The translations under genes and the position numbers were made by a program. 64,000 nt of DNA, taken from the NCBI GenBank assembly GCA_030141605.1, contig JAQGDQ010000050.1, positions 11,971 through 75,970 of the forward strand, written 5' to 3'. Positions 43,201 to 57,689 of this stretch are shown piece by piece; the stretch's first letter is position 1, and every line of letters starts with the position of its first letter. Under the pieces are notes generated by a model, which made no database searches, had not been told where the DNA came from, and saw only the letters and a list, made by a program, of their open reading frames with translations. Source of the DNA: Tubiluchus corallicola. Taxonomy: Eukaryota > Animalia > Priapulida.

Positions 43201-44430
43201 ACAATTTCCAGCAATAGGTGTTGCGGAGCCCTTGATAACCGGTCTTGGGTACTAAAACGTACATCATTAATTATGATTTGGTTAGCATTTATATTATACC
43301 ATAAAGTAACAAACATGATAAAAATATCAATTAGATGTGCCTGGAAGAAGGTCATCAATGCATTAAAACAAATGTAATCAAGGTAGTGCATGCCCTATGA
43401 TAAAAGATTAAATATTTAAGGTATTACTTTTGAAAAAATACCTTTAAAATGCTCTCGGATTATTTCTACAAAGAATTAATTAATGCATTGCTAAGACAAA
43501 GGAGTTTCTTCATCCCAGATTTTTACCTGTACAAGAGGAAAACATGGACTTGGCACTAAACACAAAAAAGTCCCTTCAATGGCTATGTGTAACCAACTAA
43601 ATCCCACTTTCCAAAACACATGGTTTTCATATCATAAATTTGGTAATACTCACGAAAATGCTGTTTTCCCGTTTTTCTTGTAAAAATGTTTCCTAGCAGA
43701 AATGTGGAGGTGCAAAATGTTTATGATTATCTAGTAACACTACACTGAGCTACCAAAAATTATATTAACACTTAACTACCAGCTGAACTGGCACCTTTTA
43801 TAACACTCGAAAGTTGACACCTTAACTTAGCACACTTTCATAACCATTTGCCAATGTACATTATGTATTTGTGCAAATAAAACTGAATCCAATTCTTACC
43901 CTTTTTGCGGGACCGCAGAAGTACTACAACTTTCATAAAAGGTACGAAGCTGCTCTGACTCAAAAATTAATTTTCACAATAAAATTCAATATCAATTCAC
44001 ATATTTGGCGACACACATTCACAATTCACACACAGAGTTTCGGAACAAAGAACTTGATCGCGCAGGCGCGCACAGAACCCTACACGCCTAAGCAAAAAGC
44101 GCAAGCTTGCCCTCTAATTTGGGCTATATTGCAAAATTTCTATTTTGCGTAATTTTCTTTTACGGACGACCAAGACTTGTTTATTTCCATTTATTGCCGT
44201 TCTATATAAAATAGCGTGTATCAAACGCCCAATGACATAATTGCATCGTCCACCTTTTGGCGACAAACAGTACGTTCTTTTGATATGCTCCCAATGAAGT
44301 ACCTTTGAAAATTAGAGAGGTTCCATTGAGGTCTTGTTGTGTGAAATCCATTCATATGAGCAAACTGCCTCCACCTATGATCTTGAATGGTTGGGAGCAG
44401 AATCTGCGAACAGAACCACATTAAAACCTT

Positions 44431-44760
44431 GTGGTTCAATGCAAGCACTTAGAACTGTTAGCGGAAGAGACTAAAAATGCCAAATGGAAAGGCATAATCT
44501 ACAACATGCCACGTAAAGTTGCTCAGTATTTGATCAATGCCTTGATTGACTGCAATCCCACTGCTGTCAATCTTGCCCGGTGGAATAAACAGATGTTTAA
44601 CAAATGCGAGCACTGCATCATAGAGAAAAACTACGTTGTGTGCTTAACACCTGCTCGATTTTATGCCACCAAGAAAGATATCTTTGGAGACATAACAGTA
44701 TTCTAAATTACATTGTTAAGGCTGTAAAATCAAACAAAGCCAGAATCATTACAGACTTTA
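44431..44760 (+). pseudogene. C-terminal fragment of a restriction-like-endonuclease non-LTR retrotransposon (NeSL/R4-like)
   Basis: PTAVNLARW..KCEHC followed, after a frameshift, by VLNTC..RYLWRHNSILNYI (CCHC-like and RHN motif). Confidence 0.6.
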
Positions 44761-45216
44761 TTGGACTCATTGCTTGTTGCAAAATACAATCAAGATGTAG
44801 TTTTGCTGAAGTTATGTGTTGACAGCGGAACATAGAGGAAGCCAGTAACTGAATTGGGATGCAGAGATGGAGTCATTGTGATTAGTTTTATTTGAATATC
44901 AGAGTTGAACGTTCAGGACCCTATTACTCTATATAATAATAATAATACAGCAATCATCGCCATGAAAAGTTCTAAAACTTACATCAATCTGATAGGGTAG
45001 CTGGGTATGGTGAGCAATTGCTCTCCTTGCTACTCTTCTACTGCACCCTGACACATTCTTTTGTGTATATTTTACCACAGTTGTTTATCTTGTAATTCTG
45101 GAGTTAATATCTGGTGTAAACTTTAATTAGGAGATAAATATAAAATATCTCTACATCTATGACTATGCTGCGTTTCAATTATTTTACAATATCTTCTTTT
45201 GCAGTTCGCGAGAAAA

Positions 45217-45460
45217 AGCATTATACTCATCCTGCATTACAACGTTATACTAAACCTGCATTTGAGCATTATACTTGTCCTGCATTAGAGAAATATGCTA
45301 ATTGTACATAAAACACTATCTCATCCTGCTTTAATTAGACTAGTATACCTATCCTGCATTAATCAGTGCATGATGCTCATCCTTCATTAATCAGAGCATA
45401 ATGCTCATCCTGCATTAGAGCATTATGCACATCTTGCATAATTAGAGCATTATGCATTAG
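45217..45460. repeat. Degenerate ~23-27-bp tandem repeat
   Basis: Recurrent GCATTATGCTCATCCTGCATTAGA-like units. Confidence 0.7.
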
Positions 45461-47249
45461 TCTTCTAAAAATACCCTTTCATAAGCAGCTATATATATAT
45501 ATATAGATGGCAGCACAGTGTGATGCCAGAATGTGAGCAACGCAACTATAGTTACCAAGGAATGGCAGGCAAAATTAATATGTGAGGGAACAGCATCAGA
45601 GTCGAAGAACAAGACAGAACAAGAGCTACGTAGAACATAAATGAGAAAAGGAAAGAGGGAGAGACCCTTCCTTTGCTTTTGTTGAAGGTTCTGCCATTTG
45701 TTTCTTGGTCGTTTTACTTCAATGCGAGGTGGCGGATTTGGCACATTAAAAATTGGACATATTTACATGCCCTGCAATTAGGCCGAAATTTTAAGCCCAC
45801 CTGTGATTACGACGTGAATTTTGAATACCATATATTTCCCCTCATGATGGACCGATTCGTACACACGATGGCTCATTAGAAAGGCAATTGAAAATTGCAA
45901 ATAAATGTTTGTGTTGCGCACGTGTAGGATTTAGGAGATGATGACGTAAAAGGATGGATTCAACAGAATGTTTGCTGTCAAATGAATTTTAGCTAAGTGT
46001 AGTTTGCCTTCTTCATCTTAAATGATAATTGACTGTTGAACTGCAAACCAAAAGGAAATGAACTAAATGCCAAATAAACTGAGTATCCAAAAACGAGATT
46101 TAGAACTGACCCAAACAGCGCAGTGGACCTGAAAAAGCCGAAATAAGCAAAATTCATTTTGCTGTTGTACGAGATTTCAAAATTTGAAGGATATTTATTT
46201 AGCCAACATAAACATTCAACCAAGTACAGATTTGCGCATTTCAGTAACAACTTAAAATTGTGACTTAATTATAATTACATGTATTAAAGTTGTGAGGCTG
46301 GAGGCACCTGAAATGACAATACAGCCTCATAAGTTAAATATCATCTAGAGAAGAAATAGAAAAAAGAGAGAAAAGGGTGGCTGGATAAAAGGAAAGAGAA
46401 AAATGCACATGAAGAAAATAACACCTACCAATAAAATAATGACCATTAGGCATATTCATTAAAAATGAATATCAAGTTTTGAGTTCTTGTCTCCATTAAA
46501 AAAGTGGAGATGTCACATCACGTAAGTAGGAACAGGTGCTGAGGCGTTAACCACTCCTGTCAATCAGTCATTGGAAGACACGAGGCCATTTCAAACCAGC
46601 CACGTATAGCTACTATGTAATGCTGATAAGCAATGGCTTCAAAAAGCATCGAACCATGACAAAGTAGGGATGAAAATAAAAATGGTTTTTCGTCGTCGTA
46701 ACAATATAATGATACATTTTTTATTAAGGATTCAGGCAACTAAAGCTAAAGTGAATCTTGTTTGCCGCTATTTTATGCAGTAATCTAAGACGAGATCATG
46801 ATGTTAGAACAAGCAGATGTAATGTTTAATGGTTATAGGTTAGTGTTTTTATTCTTGAGTTGAATATATCTTCATGTAATTCAATTTGCCTTCTTTTTCA
46901 ATAAACCTTCTTATTAATCCTTTTGTTCGGGATAATTATGGCATTAGTACAGAATATATACCCCGTGCATCTCACATCACGAGCTGTAAAAAAAGAAACA
47001 TGTATGAAAACCCCAAATGGAACACGGAAATCGAACCCGAAGTTTTTATAGTACCGTCTAAACTGCTTCTTTGAAATATAAGAAGAGCAGAAAATAAATA
47101 AAAATATAGTAACAAGTAAGTACTGTAATGAGGACAAGACGGTTGACTTCTTGAGTAACGTTGTGATTATTACAACGACAACATTATTGTTTAAATTTAT
47201 TAAATTTTGTTAAAAAAAGAAAAAAGATTATAATGAATTAATTGATTTA

Positions 47250-47253
47250 TTTA

Positions 47254-47311
<58 letters not shown>

Positions 47312-47312
47312 C
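47250..47312. repeat. (ATT)n microsatellite
   Basis: Run of TTA triplets. Confidence 0.95.
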
Positions 47313-48447
47313 TTTAATTATATGTTGTCATTGTAATTATTATTATATTTAATTATTATTGTCAGTATTATTAAAATTATTTTTTACCATAGCAAATTGA
47401 AGTAGCGGATAAAAGCCACTGTAGCAACACAGATATAATAAGGCAAGACGACAGAGCAACGTCGTTGATTTCCCATGTTGTTGTTGAAGAAACTGGAAAA
47501 CCTAGAAGAAATGTAGACTTATACAATTTTCTAAGGTTACCAAGTGAAACACTGGTAAGAATCGCTTTAAAGGAAACCTTATAACCTTGCAAAAACCATC
47601 TGGCAAACGAAAACAACTTATGTAGCCTAAGATAAATAAAGATATTCAACAACTTTAACCAAAACTACTTCTAGGAGTAGCAGAAATTACGCTTTTCAGT
47701 TGTAGATTGCTGTTTGGATGGTTCTTTTTTTAAAGGCCTTTCGGTCTTTTTTTGGTCTTTCGCAATCCTATTTCCATTGTGATAAATAAATACATTTGCT
47801 TGTCTCAGTTATATGATGAATATGGAAATAAATGCGTGTTTTGAATTTGATTTTTTTTTAAATTTTAATTAAGGCACTCTCACATCGCCTATATCAGCAA
47901 TACCGGTGAAAGCAGGACTACAATAGAAAGATGCATCCTTTATCTGCACACTGATGTAAAGAAAAGTTGAAGCATACTTCCTATTTATAAATCTTTTTTA
48001 AAAAACTTACTGTTAGCGTCGCGAGAACTGACTAAGACTGAGTGACTTCATGAAATACTTTCATTTGGAAGTTAGCAGAGAGCAATATTTTTATCTACTA
48101 CTGTGCCACAGCCTAGGAAATCTCTTCCAATGTGTAAACTTACTAGAAAATAAAAAACAGCTTTGGGCGAATTTTCTCAATGTGCACCACTTTGCAGCAA
48201 TGTCGGTGCCAGTAATTGGCGGACTCTACCAGCATTGTTTTGTAACTTTTGATTCTCTTTCGAAATGTGGCTCAACCAGCAAAGCAGGTTGCAGTTTATA
48301 CAATAAAATAATTAATATTGAAACGTACTATAATTTGAGGCTTTGTACTGTACAAAAAAGGTGACTATACAAAGATTGTGAATTAGTTAGTTAGTTATTT
48401 AGCTAAGTTTTGACGAGTTTGTGATATGGCAGGTTGAGTTGGACAGT

Positions 48448-48617
48448 TTGGCATTCTTGGCTGCTTGGCATTCTTGGCTGCTTGGCATTCTTGGCTGCTT
48501 GGCATTCTTGCTTGCTTGGCATTCTTGGCTGATTGGCATTCTTGCTTGCTTGGCATTCTTGCTTTCTTGGCATTCTTGGCAGCTATGGCATTCTTAGCAG
48601 CATGGCATTCTTAGCAA
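48448..48617. repeat. 17-bp minisatellite
   Basis: TTGGCATTCTTGGCTGC units, about 10 copies. Confidence 0.9.
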
Positions 48618-49067
48618 TGGATTGGGAGTGGGAAGGAGATAGAGTGTCGGCAGTGGGACTGATATGGGAAGGTACTAGGGCGTGAGGAGAGTCACCTAAA
48701 ATGCAAGGATGCCCTTTTTAGCTGCAGATAGGAGTGGGTGGAATGCTGTAATAAATGTCAATGCCACAATGTCTACAACAGACAGAATAAGACCTTGAAC
48801 AAGAAGAAGAAAAAACTAGTAGATTGCCAAAGAAAATATCAAAATAAGGATCAAAATAAACAAAAGAGGACAAGAAAAATAAAAACACTCAGTTTAAGAT
48901 GGATTGGTCATATGTTTGGTTTACGTAAAGATGGTCAAAGGCCTTATCTTGTTTGATTTGTTTGTTTTTGTTTTACAAGTTGTCGCTCTGTAAGTCAATA
49001 ATTTACTTTGTAATCATCAGGGCCTGCTATTAACCAAGGGTCATACATAACGTTCTGCTAGGAGGTA

Positions 49068-49550
49068 CAGTCAGCCTTGGGTATAAGGTACTCGTTTAGA
49101 AAGGACCACTAACAGCGGTCCCGATTTTTCGTAACGTTTTTCCTATGTAAAAAAGTCGTATATAAGGTGCTCGAATATAAGGGACTTTCGGTTATAGGGG
49201 ATGATATCTTCAGGTAATAGAAATAGAAACCCAGTTAAATTACCTCGCATATAAGGGACCCTATGATCAAAGTGAAATTGGTTTGATTTGTAATCTCAAT
49301 TTTTCGCAAACTCGGCCTTTGAACAGCTTGGTTTCCGCAGTCACATACATTTCATGTCACTGAAGGGGCTTCCTACATATGCTTGCACCAAATGTGTAGC
49401 AATAATCCATAAAATATGGCAAAAAGTCCAGAAAAGCACAGGTCTCTTAGATACACCCTCGATCTGACTCAAGTTCGGCTATAAGGGACATCGGATATAA
49501 GGGGCAGTTTTTTCTGGTCTCGAGGTGTCCCTTATATCCGAGGCTGACTG
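49068..49550. mobile_element. pogo/Tigger-like MITE
   Basis: TA|CAGTCAGCCT...AGGCTGACTG|TA with internal TATAAGGG sub-terminal repeats. Confidence 0.85.
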
Positions 49551-50489
49551 TATGAAAAATGAGTTAATGTGACATGTGTTTTGTCATCTTATTGGCTACC
49601 CTGTTTTTCAGGAAAGCTTCAGGATGTCTGGAGAGGGGTTGACGTCAGGCGAATTTTCTGATCACTCAGCTCAATAGTAAGATTCATCCCTGGGTTTTCA
49701 GGGCACAATTCTGATTACGCCCTTCATGGTTGCAGGCTGTATTAGTTGCGCAGGGCTGTCATCCTAAACTTTAAGGGCGTTGTATAATCTCTCTTTGATT
49801 CAGCAGTGAATTGTTCTGTATTGTTATTAGTTGTTTGTACTTCTGTTCAAAAGGCTTTCTACTACCCTCTAATGTCAAGTGATTCTTTTGAGACCAGATT
49901 TTGATTCAGTGCTAAAGCTCAATTAAGTCTGTGTTTATCATTTAAAATCTCTGGTTAACGATTGAGACCTCAGTCACGTAAAAAACATCAGAATTCCAAA
50001 TTCACTTGGACGAAAAACTTTTTTGGTGATAGCAAAAATTTGCAGTTTTACTTTCTAGGAGCTAGCCCAGAAACGTGCGTGTAATTATCAAAATCATCTT
50101 GAACACCTTCTAAGATCTGATTATAAAGATGAAGTTAGTTTGTTTGCTGAACTTATCCAGTTATCAAAATGTTACCAAAAAGTATACAAGTACTACATGT
50201 ATGCTGAGGATTAGTTAGATTATCTTATAATTAGAGGCAAAAACTGCCTCACAGTCTTTAGTATCGATAATGACGTTATGTAGTCATGAGTATGTTTCTT
50301 GAAAACCTTTCAGCATTTCATTTAGTTTTAGATGATGGTAGCATTTTGGTAACAGCGATACTAACGATGATTTTTATTTCTTGTATTTTTTAAACAATGT
50401 ATTTTTATTGCCAGTTTGGGTTACGTATTCTAAGAATTCTTTCTGATCAGCTTTGTTATTTTTGCAGAAATCAGTTTGGTAGCTCCTAG

Positions 50490-52586
50490 ATGGCCGGAGC
50501 CACGGAAACCAATTTTGCCTCCATTACGGTAAAGAAGGAAGGTGGTGGTTCGTTGAAAATTTCGAGAAAAAACTCCAGCGACAATACAGCAGACAGAGTA
50601 GTACAGGAAGCTACTGATTCAGAAGTGAAATCTGAATGTGGCAACTCATTTGCATTAATACGAAGTGGCAGTAGTGATCAGGGCACAGAATCTCTTAATT
50701 TACCTGTAAAAAGTGATTATGAGGATGATTTGGATATTGTTGGCAACAGCGACAGTGGTGACTCAAAAAATCAAGATATAAAGGCACATGTAGAACCTGA
50801 ATACTATGAGACTGTAGATACAATAGAAAAATGTAACGATGAAAGCAAAAGTAATAAAACAACGTCAACATCATGCCTAGAAAAAAGACAGTATAAGTGT
50901 AAATATTGTGATGCCACTTTTTCTGTTTTGGGTCACTTGTCACGCCATGCACGAAGTCACACTGGAGAGAAACCTTTTATGTGTGAATATTGCAATGTCA
51001 CTTTTGCTGATTCAGGCAATTTAAAACGTCACGTGAGAACTCACACGGGTGAAAAGCCTTTTAAGTGCAACCAGTGTGATGCTGCTTTTGCTCAGTCAGG
51101 CAGCTTAAAACAGCACATAAGAACTCACACTGGAGAAAAACCATTTCAGTGTGACCAATGTGATGCCGCATTTGCATGGTCAAGTAACTTGAGACAACAT
51201 CAGAGAACTCATGCAGGGGAAAGGCTTTTTAAATGTGATTATTGTGGTGCTGCATTTAATCACTCACCCGGGTTGAAAAGACATCTAAGAAAACACACCG
51301 GAGAAAAACCATTTAAATGCAGTCATTGTGATGCTGCTTTTACTGACTCGACTTACTTGAAACAACACTTGAGAACTCACACAGGAGAAAAACCTTTTAA
51401 ATGTGATCGTTGCAATGTTGCATTTGCACAGTCTGGGAATTTGAAACGACATTTACAAAGTTGCGTAGGAAATTGTCCATCAGAGCTGTATTGTAACTAT
51501 TGCGGCATCACATGCAACAATGCCAGCATGTTAAAGCAACACTTGAAAGTTCACTCAGATGGAAAAACTTTTAAATGTATACAGTGTGAGCTCGCTTTTT
51601 CTTTCGCTGACGATCTGAGTCAGCATCTAGATAGTCATTCAGCAAAAGAAAATTTTAAATCTGAACAGACTGATTCTAGCTCTGTTAAAACAAGTGCCAC
51701 AAAGTCATGCATTAGTGAAAACACTTCGTCAGTAGAAAAGCCATTTAAATGTGATCAGTGTGCTGCAGCTTTCACTCACTTTGGATTCCTAAAACAGCAT
51801 ATAAAAATTCATGCTAGAAAGAAAGTTTTCCATTGTAATCAGTGTGATGCTACTTTTGGCTATTCAAGTAATTTAAATCAACATTTAAGAACTCACGCTG
51901 GTGAGAGACATTACAAATGCACTCATTGTTCTGCTGCTTTTAATCACTCATCTGGTTTAAAGCGGCACGTTAGAATTCACACAGGAGAAAAGCCTTATAA
52001 GTGTAGTCAGTGTGATGCTGCCTTTACTGCTTCAAGCTATCTAAAACAGCATTTAAAAACTCATACAGGAGAAAAACCATTTAAATGTAATCGTTGTGGT
52101 GCTGCTTTTGCACAGTCAGGCAATAGGAAAAGACATTTAATAGCTTGTGCAGGCGAAACGCCCTGCACTGTTTATTTATGTAGTCACTGTGGTGCTACTT
52201 TTAATTATTCTAGTACTTTTAAGCAGCATTTAAGAACTCATACAGGAGAAAAGCCTTATAAGTGTGATATGTGTGATGCTGCTTTTACCAATTCAGGTAA
52301 TTTGAAGCAACATTCAAGAACCCATACTGGAGAAAAACCTTTTAAGTGCAGATTTTGCTTTGCTACTTTTTCTCACTCAGGCAGCCTCAGGCTGCATGTC
52401 AGAACTCACACAGGAGAAAAACCCTTTAAATGTGAGCAGTGCAATGCTACTTTCAGGCATGGAGGCAGCTTGAAGCAACACTTAAGAATTCATACAGGAG
52501 AAAAGCCATTTAAGTGTGACAAATGCATTTGTACTTTTTCTCATGCTGGTAATTTTAGAAAACACAAAAAGAGTCACTTGGGTTGA
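50490..52586 (+). CDS. Tandem C2H2 zinc-finger protein (19 fingers, two of them C2HC)
   Basis: Repeated C..C...F.....L..H...H with TGEKPF linkers. Splice acceptor TTTGCAG at 50467 just upstream; AATAAA at ~52750. Confidence 0.95.
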   Translation: MAGATETNFASITVKKEGGGSLKISRKNSSDNTADRVVQEATDSEVKSECGNSFALIRSGSSDQGTESLNLPVKSDYEDDLDIVGNSDSGDSKNQDIKAHVEPEYYETVDTIEKCNDESKSNKTTSTSCLEKRQYKCKYCDATFSVLGHLSRHARSHTGEKPFMCEYCNVTFADSGNLKRHVRTHTGEKPFKCNQCDAAFAQSGSLKQHIRTHTGEKPFQCDQCDAAFAWSSNLRQHQRTHAGERLFKCDYCGAAFNHSPGLKRHLRKHTGEKPFKCSHCDAAFTDSTYLKQHLRTHTGEKPFKCDRCNVAFAQSGNLKRHLQSCVGNCPSELYCNYCGITCNNASMLKQHLKVHSDGKTFKCIQCELAFSFADDLSQHLDSHSAKENFKSEQTDSSSVKTSATKSCISENTSSVEKPFKCDQCAAAFTHFGFLKQHIKIHARKKVFHCNQCDATFGYSSNLNQHLRTHAGERHYKCTHCSAAFNHSSGLKRHVRIHTGEKPYKCSQCDAAFTASSYLKQHLKTHTGEKPFKCNRCGAAFAQSGNRKRHLIACAGETPCTVYLCSHCGATFNYSSTFKQHLRTHTGEKPYKCDMCDAAFTNSGNLKQHSRTHTGEKPFKCRFCFATFSHSGSLRLHVRTHTGEKPFKCEQCNATFRHGGSLKQHLRIHTGEKPFKCDKCICTFSHAGNFRKHKKSHLG

Positions 52587-53116
52587 TGAACTTGAGCATG
52601 TTATATGTGTGCAATTAAGTAACACTTTTACCCACTTGCATGTATAGCAATACCATTCTGATTCTTTACTTATTTGAATGTGACATTAGAAGAACATTTT
52701 TAGCCTAATTTATTGTAATCTCAAGGCAAACTCTTCCATATAAATAATCAATAAATTTGTTTGTTATTTATGATCCTTGCTGTGCCCACTGTGAAATTTT
52801 TTATCAGCAACCTGTCTCACACAACTCTCACAAGTCTCACAGATTATTAACTTGTTAATATTAATTTGATGTTGTTTTGTGCAAATATGATTATTGAATA
52901 TATGAACTGAGAACTTTTTGAGAGGCTAACTATAAAAATGTTAGATAAAATTATCAAATCTCAACAATCGGGTACAGTGCCCGCTGTAAAACAGCAATGT
53001 AGCAAAATACATGCCTAAGCAGTGCATTAAGTTGTACTCCATTTTGAGAAGAAATACCAATTTCCTGCTTTTGTTATGGTGCGGGGTTTTAAAATTGAAA
53101 TCAATATACATTGGTT

Positions 53117-53820
53117 AGATAAGATAAGATAAGATAAGATAATATTTATTTTCATCGGTATGATATAAAACAGTACATATTTGTAAAACATGAGCTTAAA
53201 GCTCGTAAACCGATATCAAACATAATGTATATGAGCGATAACATTGTAATAATATGTACTTCTTAAAATCTTTTGGATGCCACCAGAGGTACTGGTACAA
53301 GAAAAAATTTATAACTACATGAAGACAGTAACATTTCTAAAATTTACACAGAAAGCTATCTAGGTCAATAAAAATTATTCCTGCCAACATTCAGCATTTA
53401 ATTACGACTTAACAAAATTGGGAAGTTCGCTGAATTTACAAATGGCACATTTACATGATACATCAGTCCATGAGTTAATTAGACGTTTAAATTCCCCAAG
53501 ATTTTTGGCCATTCGGAGACAGTTTGGTAATTCATTCCACAATGTGGCTCCATAATAGGAGAAACTTTTCTTGCCATATGTAACACCATCATATGTAGGG
53601 TGTTCTGCAGTGTTCATTTTTCTGAGGAAGTAGCAGTTTTGCTTTCGTTCCTCTATCAGTCCGTAGAGATAGGACGGGCAGTTTTTGGACAAAATCTTGA
53701 ATACTTCGATAGCAATGAGACGTTGTCTCTGAAGTTGAAGAGAGACAAAATTGTCTTTAAACAATAGATTTTCGTAGGTACTTTCGAAATCATTATAAAC
53801 TAGACGTTTAGTGTATGATA
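53117..53820 (-). mobile_element. 3' end of a CR1/L2-like LINE with an (ATCTT)n tail
   Basis: YGKKSFSYYGATLWNELP..FKRLI C-terminus; AGATA-repeat tail at 53117-53142. Confidence 0.85.
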
Positions 53821-54319
53821 CGCTGAAGCATCTTGCATCTGGCAATGTCCAGCCTTTAGCATTCCTTGGTAGCTTCTGGCGTCCAATCTGCGTCTTCCTA
53901 GATGAAAAACAAAATGGACAATATTAAACTTATCTATGCGTTCTTTTTTATGCTATTTATTCATATAATAATTTGCTTGCCCGGTCATCAATGGCCGATT
54001 AGGAACAGATTCTGGATGTCAGACACAAAAAACAGGAAGAACCTCCTGCTTCCACTGCCGAAATCTTTGGTTTCATCATTCGTTGATAGTAGATTCTTTC
54101 TCTCTTCCAGACGCTGGACACTTTGGCGTGTTATAGGCTTAATAATGTCTTTTTCTAGGGTTTGATTGTTATGTCATAATATCATTTCAACTTTGCGCCT
54201 ATTGAGTTAAGAATTTGCAAGTCAAATTTGGAACTTTAGGAGAAATAATTTACAATGCAAACATAAACAATGAGCATGAATATTTGTATAATAAGATGAA
54301 TTGTACTAATATTTACAAC

Positions 54320-57300
54320 ATGAGGATCTCGTATTCAGGTGTTTTCATCTTGTCTTTGATGCCCATTGGCCTTTCTCAAATGTCATGCAAAGATACATTG
54401 TTAGTGAACGGAAACTTGTCCCAGTCTGCTAAAGATGTGTGCTTAGTTACATTAATTCCCGGACACCAGAACGCATTATGTGGTGTTTCTTGTAATGGCC
54501 CTAATAAAACGCAGCTAGCAGAATGGTCAGACCTACTGCAAAACCAAGGACCAGTGGATTATTTTGTTATCAGATGGTATGAGGACGATGAGTTTCCTGA
54601 AAGTTTCTTAGAAAGAGGAAAATTTAATAACGTCACAATAAAATCGTCAAAGCAATTAAGATACTTTGGAAAAAATTCTATAGGTGGTTCAATAAAGCAG
54701 CTTAACATAGTTTGCAATCATGGGCTTACAAGTATCAACGCTGAAGCTTTCAGCAACATGTCAAATCTTCGTTCTCTTATTATTCATGATAACTGGAATC
54801 TGATGCAAATAGGAGAGTTGGATTTAACAAATTTGCCAGACTTTAAACAACTAGAGATTATCAACGGAAGATTGGAGCGCTTGAAAATGCCAAAATTCTA
54901 CGACAGAGTGCAGTTCAAAAACGTATCTCTTTTGCTACAAGGTAAAGATACTTCCTTTGTATTGAGTTGTGTCCCATGTTAAAATGTGTCTCATACTTAA
55001 AGCAACTGTATTTTAAGCAAAATAACTTGATAATATATTTATGTGACATTACATTCATATGTGTTTAGCTAATGTTATCATGTTTGCAGCTGACCACTGT
55101 TCCAGGCATCTTGAAAAGCAGCAAAGTTATTATAAATTCTGTCAACACATGTCTAGTGTCGTAAAATATGAAATTCTATCTTGAAAATTAGATTAAAGTC
55201 TCTAACAAGCTTACGTTTGTGTGAATGATACTTGAAATTTGACTTCAAGTAAAATTTTCAATTTCAGTAATGATTATTGCAATAAGATAAGTGTTTTCGC
55301 TGCGGCTCATTCATGCTATTTTTAACCACCAAAACTGCACATTTTCTATCATTTATTGTATGTTATTATTTACTGTATATAAATGATATATATGTGCAGT
55401 TTTCGTTATTTGAATATTAATAAATTGTATTATCAAATATATTAATAAATGTCATTAATATTTGTAGGGTTGCAAACTTTTTGCTGATTGATTCTCAATA
55501 TTTGGTTTTTTTATTTACTTTTTCAGGAAATAACTTCATATGTGACTGTGACCTAATATGGTCAAAGAATGAAAGTTGGAAGGAGAGCAGAGTTGACTGT
55601 ACCTATCCAGTGAAAGTAATTAACATTGAATTGAATGATTTTTCTACTGAGTGTATAATGGCATCAACCAAACGTCCAGGTGAACGTAGTAAGATTAATA
55701 TATTGAAAGAATAATTAGTAATGTGACTTACTTCCATAAAAACAGTTTTGGCTTTAACTTTAGTTTATTCTATTTGCTATAACAAACTAATACATAAATA
55801 TAGTGAAAAAAGTACAGAGTAAAAAAGAAAACAAGCATGTAACAAACAAAGTTGATTAATAAATTATTGAGGCTGCCCCCCCCCCCACTAAAAACGTATA
55901 TTGGTTAGGCCCAATATGCCAAACAAAACAGAAAAGTGTAAATACAAGAATAAAAGGTAATTAGTGGGAGGAAGAGATGCATGAAAAGCGAAAAGACATG
56001 AAGATGTAATATGAAAATGAGAATTAAAAATTAGAATCACATGAGAATAACATAAGAATCTAATAAATGTAAAAAAATCAGCAGAACAAACACGTGTTGT
56101 CCGTTACTTACTTTTACTTATCACCGTTTTCAGTTAAACCGTTGTTATTATATAATAATGTATAGCTCGTTATATTTTTAATAGGATTGTTATCATTGTA
56201 GTAGGACAGCATTGCAATAATTACAAGTTATACATCTACTATGAGAGTTTGCAGAATTAAAGGAAACTAGGATCAGTAAAATTAATTTCATTGTATAGTG
56301 GATCGTGTATTGGTTGTATGTAGCTGCTTATTGACGCTTGAGGAATGGCAAAGCTATGAAGAGTATGATTATAAATGACACGTTTATTAAACATCAACAC
56401 AGTAAATATAATGGATAGCAATGCCAAAAGCCCCTGATCTAACGGCTCTCTGTACGCTCGGGCTCCCAGACTCAATCAGAGACTAATTTCTCCAGCTGGA
56501 GGCCCCGCACGCCTTATATATCGTGCTCGGTGCCCCGCTGCCTCAATTCCTAGATCACGTAGTCACGTGACACCAGACCTTAACAGGCTTTATCATACCA
56601 GCATCTATCAACATAATTATTTATCATAATCTACTGCTCTTAGCATAATTTAACAGGTTCTCTTTACTGGAAACTAGGATGTCCCAACCATTTTGAAGTG
56701 TAAAAATGCATGTATTTTAACACCCACAAAAATGCTAAAGCGTTTTTGGTAACTGAGTAATAGATTAGAGAATTATTCGCGGGTAAGCACAACTAGGATT
56801 GAAAATTTTTTACAGCAATATAAACATTACGCGAGCATGTTGTATGTGTTTCCAGAAGCGAAAATTGAAATACAGTGCTGCAGTACGACATTCAGTGTGA
56901 TACGCAAAATCTCAGTAAATTTTAACTTTAAAATACTAATTTGAAGCTCGCTGCTGTAGTCACGCATGAGCTGTGGAGCATGTGTGTCACATCACAACTG
57001 AACACCTCTGAACTAAAAAATGCAGCACACAGCTGTTTTTATCTGAGGCAGGCTCCATCTGATCAAAGAATGGTGAAATGAATGTAACAGCTAAGAACTA
57101 GCCTCGTGAATAAATTTATATGCTAATAACTTCTCCATGTAGACTGTACAAAAGAATAGTATGTTCCCTTTAAATATTTTTAGGGTAGATTGTTTTGAAC
57201 TATAGCACAAGATTTCCCATTAGAATTTTTATCATGTTTAAATGAAAGGCCTAAACAAACACGATTCACTGTCACTTATAAAACATTCATTTTTTGATAG

Positions 57301-57649
57301 ACATTATAAGACACGATGTAGTTTATGAAGGCCTGGATATCAACATCTACCTGGATTTTTGCATTGAAGACAGATTTGAAGAAGTTCAGTGGCAGTGGGG
57401 TGAAGAGGTCATTGATGTTTCCTCATCTTCTGGTTTTGCTAATGATCGTATCCAGGGCAGAATTGAATCTGGAACCGTAACAAACTGTTACACAGCCACA
57501 TTGGCTATAGAATCAGTAAAGGTAACAGATGCTGGAATTTACACTTTGGCAGTGAGGACAAAAAATGACAGAAAAACCTTTCATGCTGATTTGGAAGTTC
57601 GACAAGTTTTGGGTAAGAAAGTGGTTTCTGTTCCTTACTTTAGAATTTG

Positions 57650-57689
<40 letters not shown>

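Noticed and set aside
45457-45744. KWQNL-containing ORF as a Myb/SANT-like Harbinger gene
   Set aside because: Only a five-residue resemblance, with no supporting transposase or TIRs.
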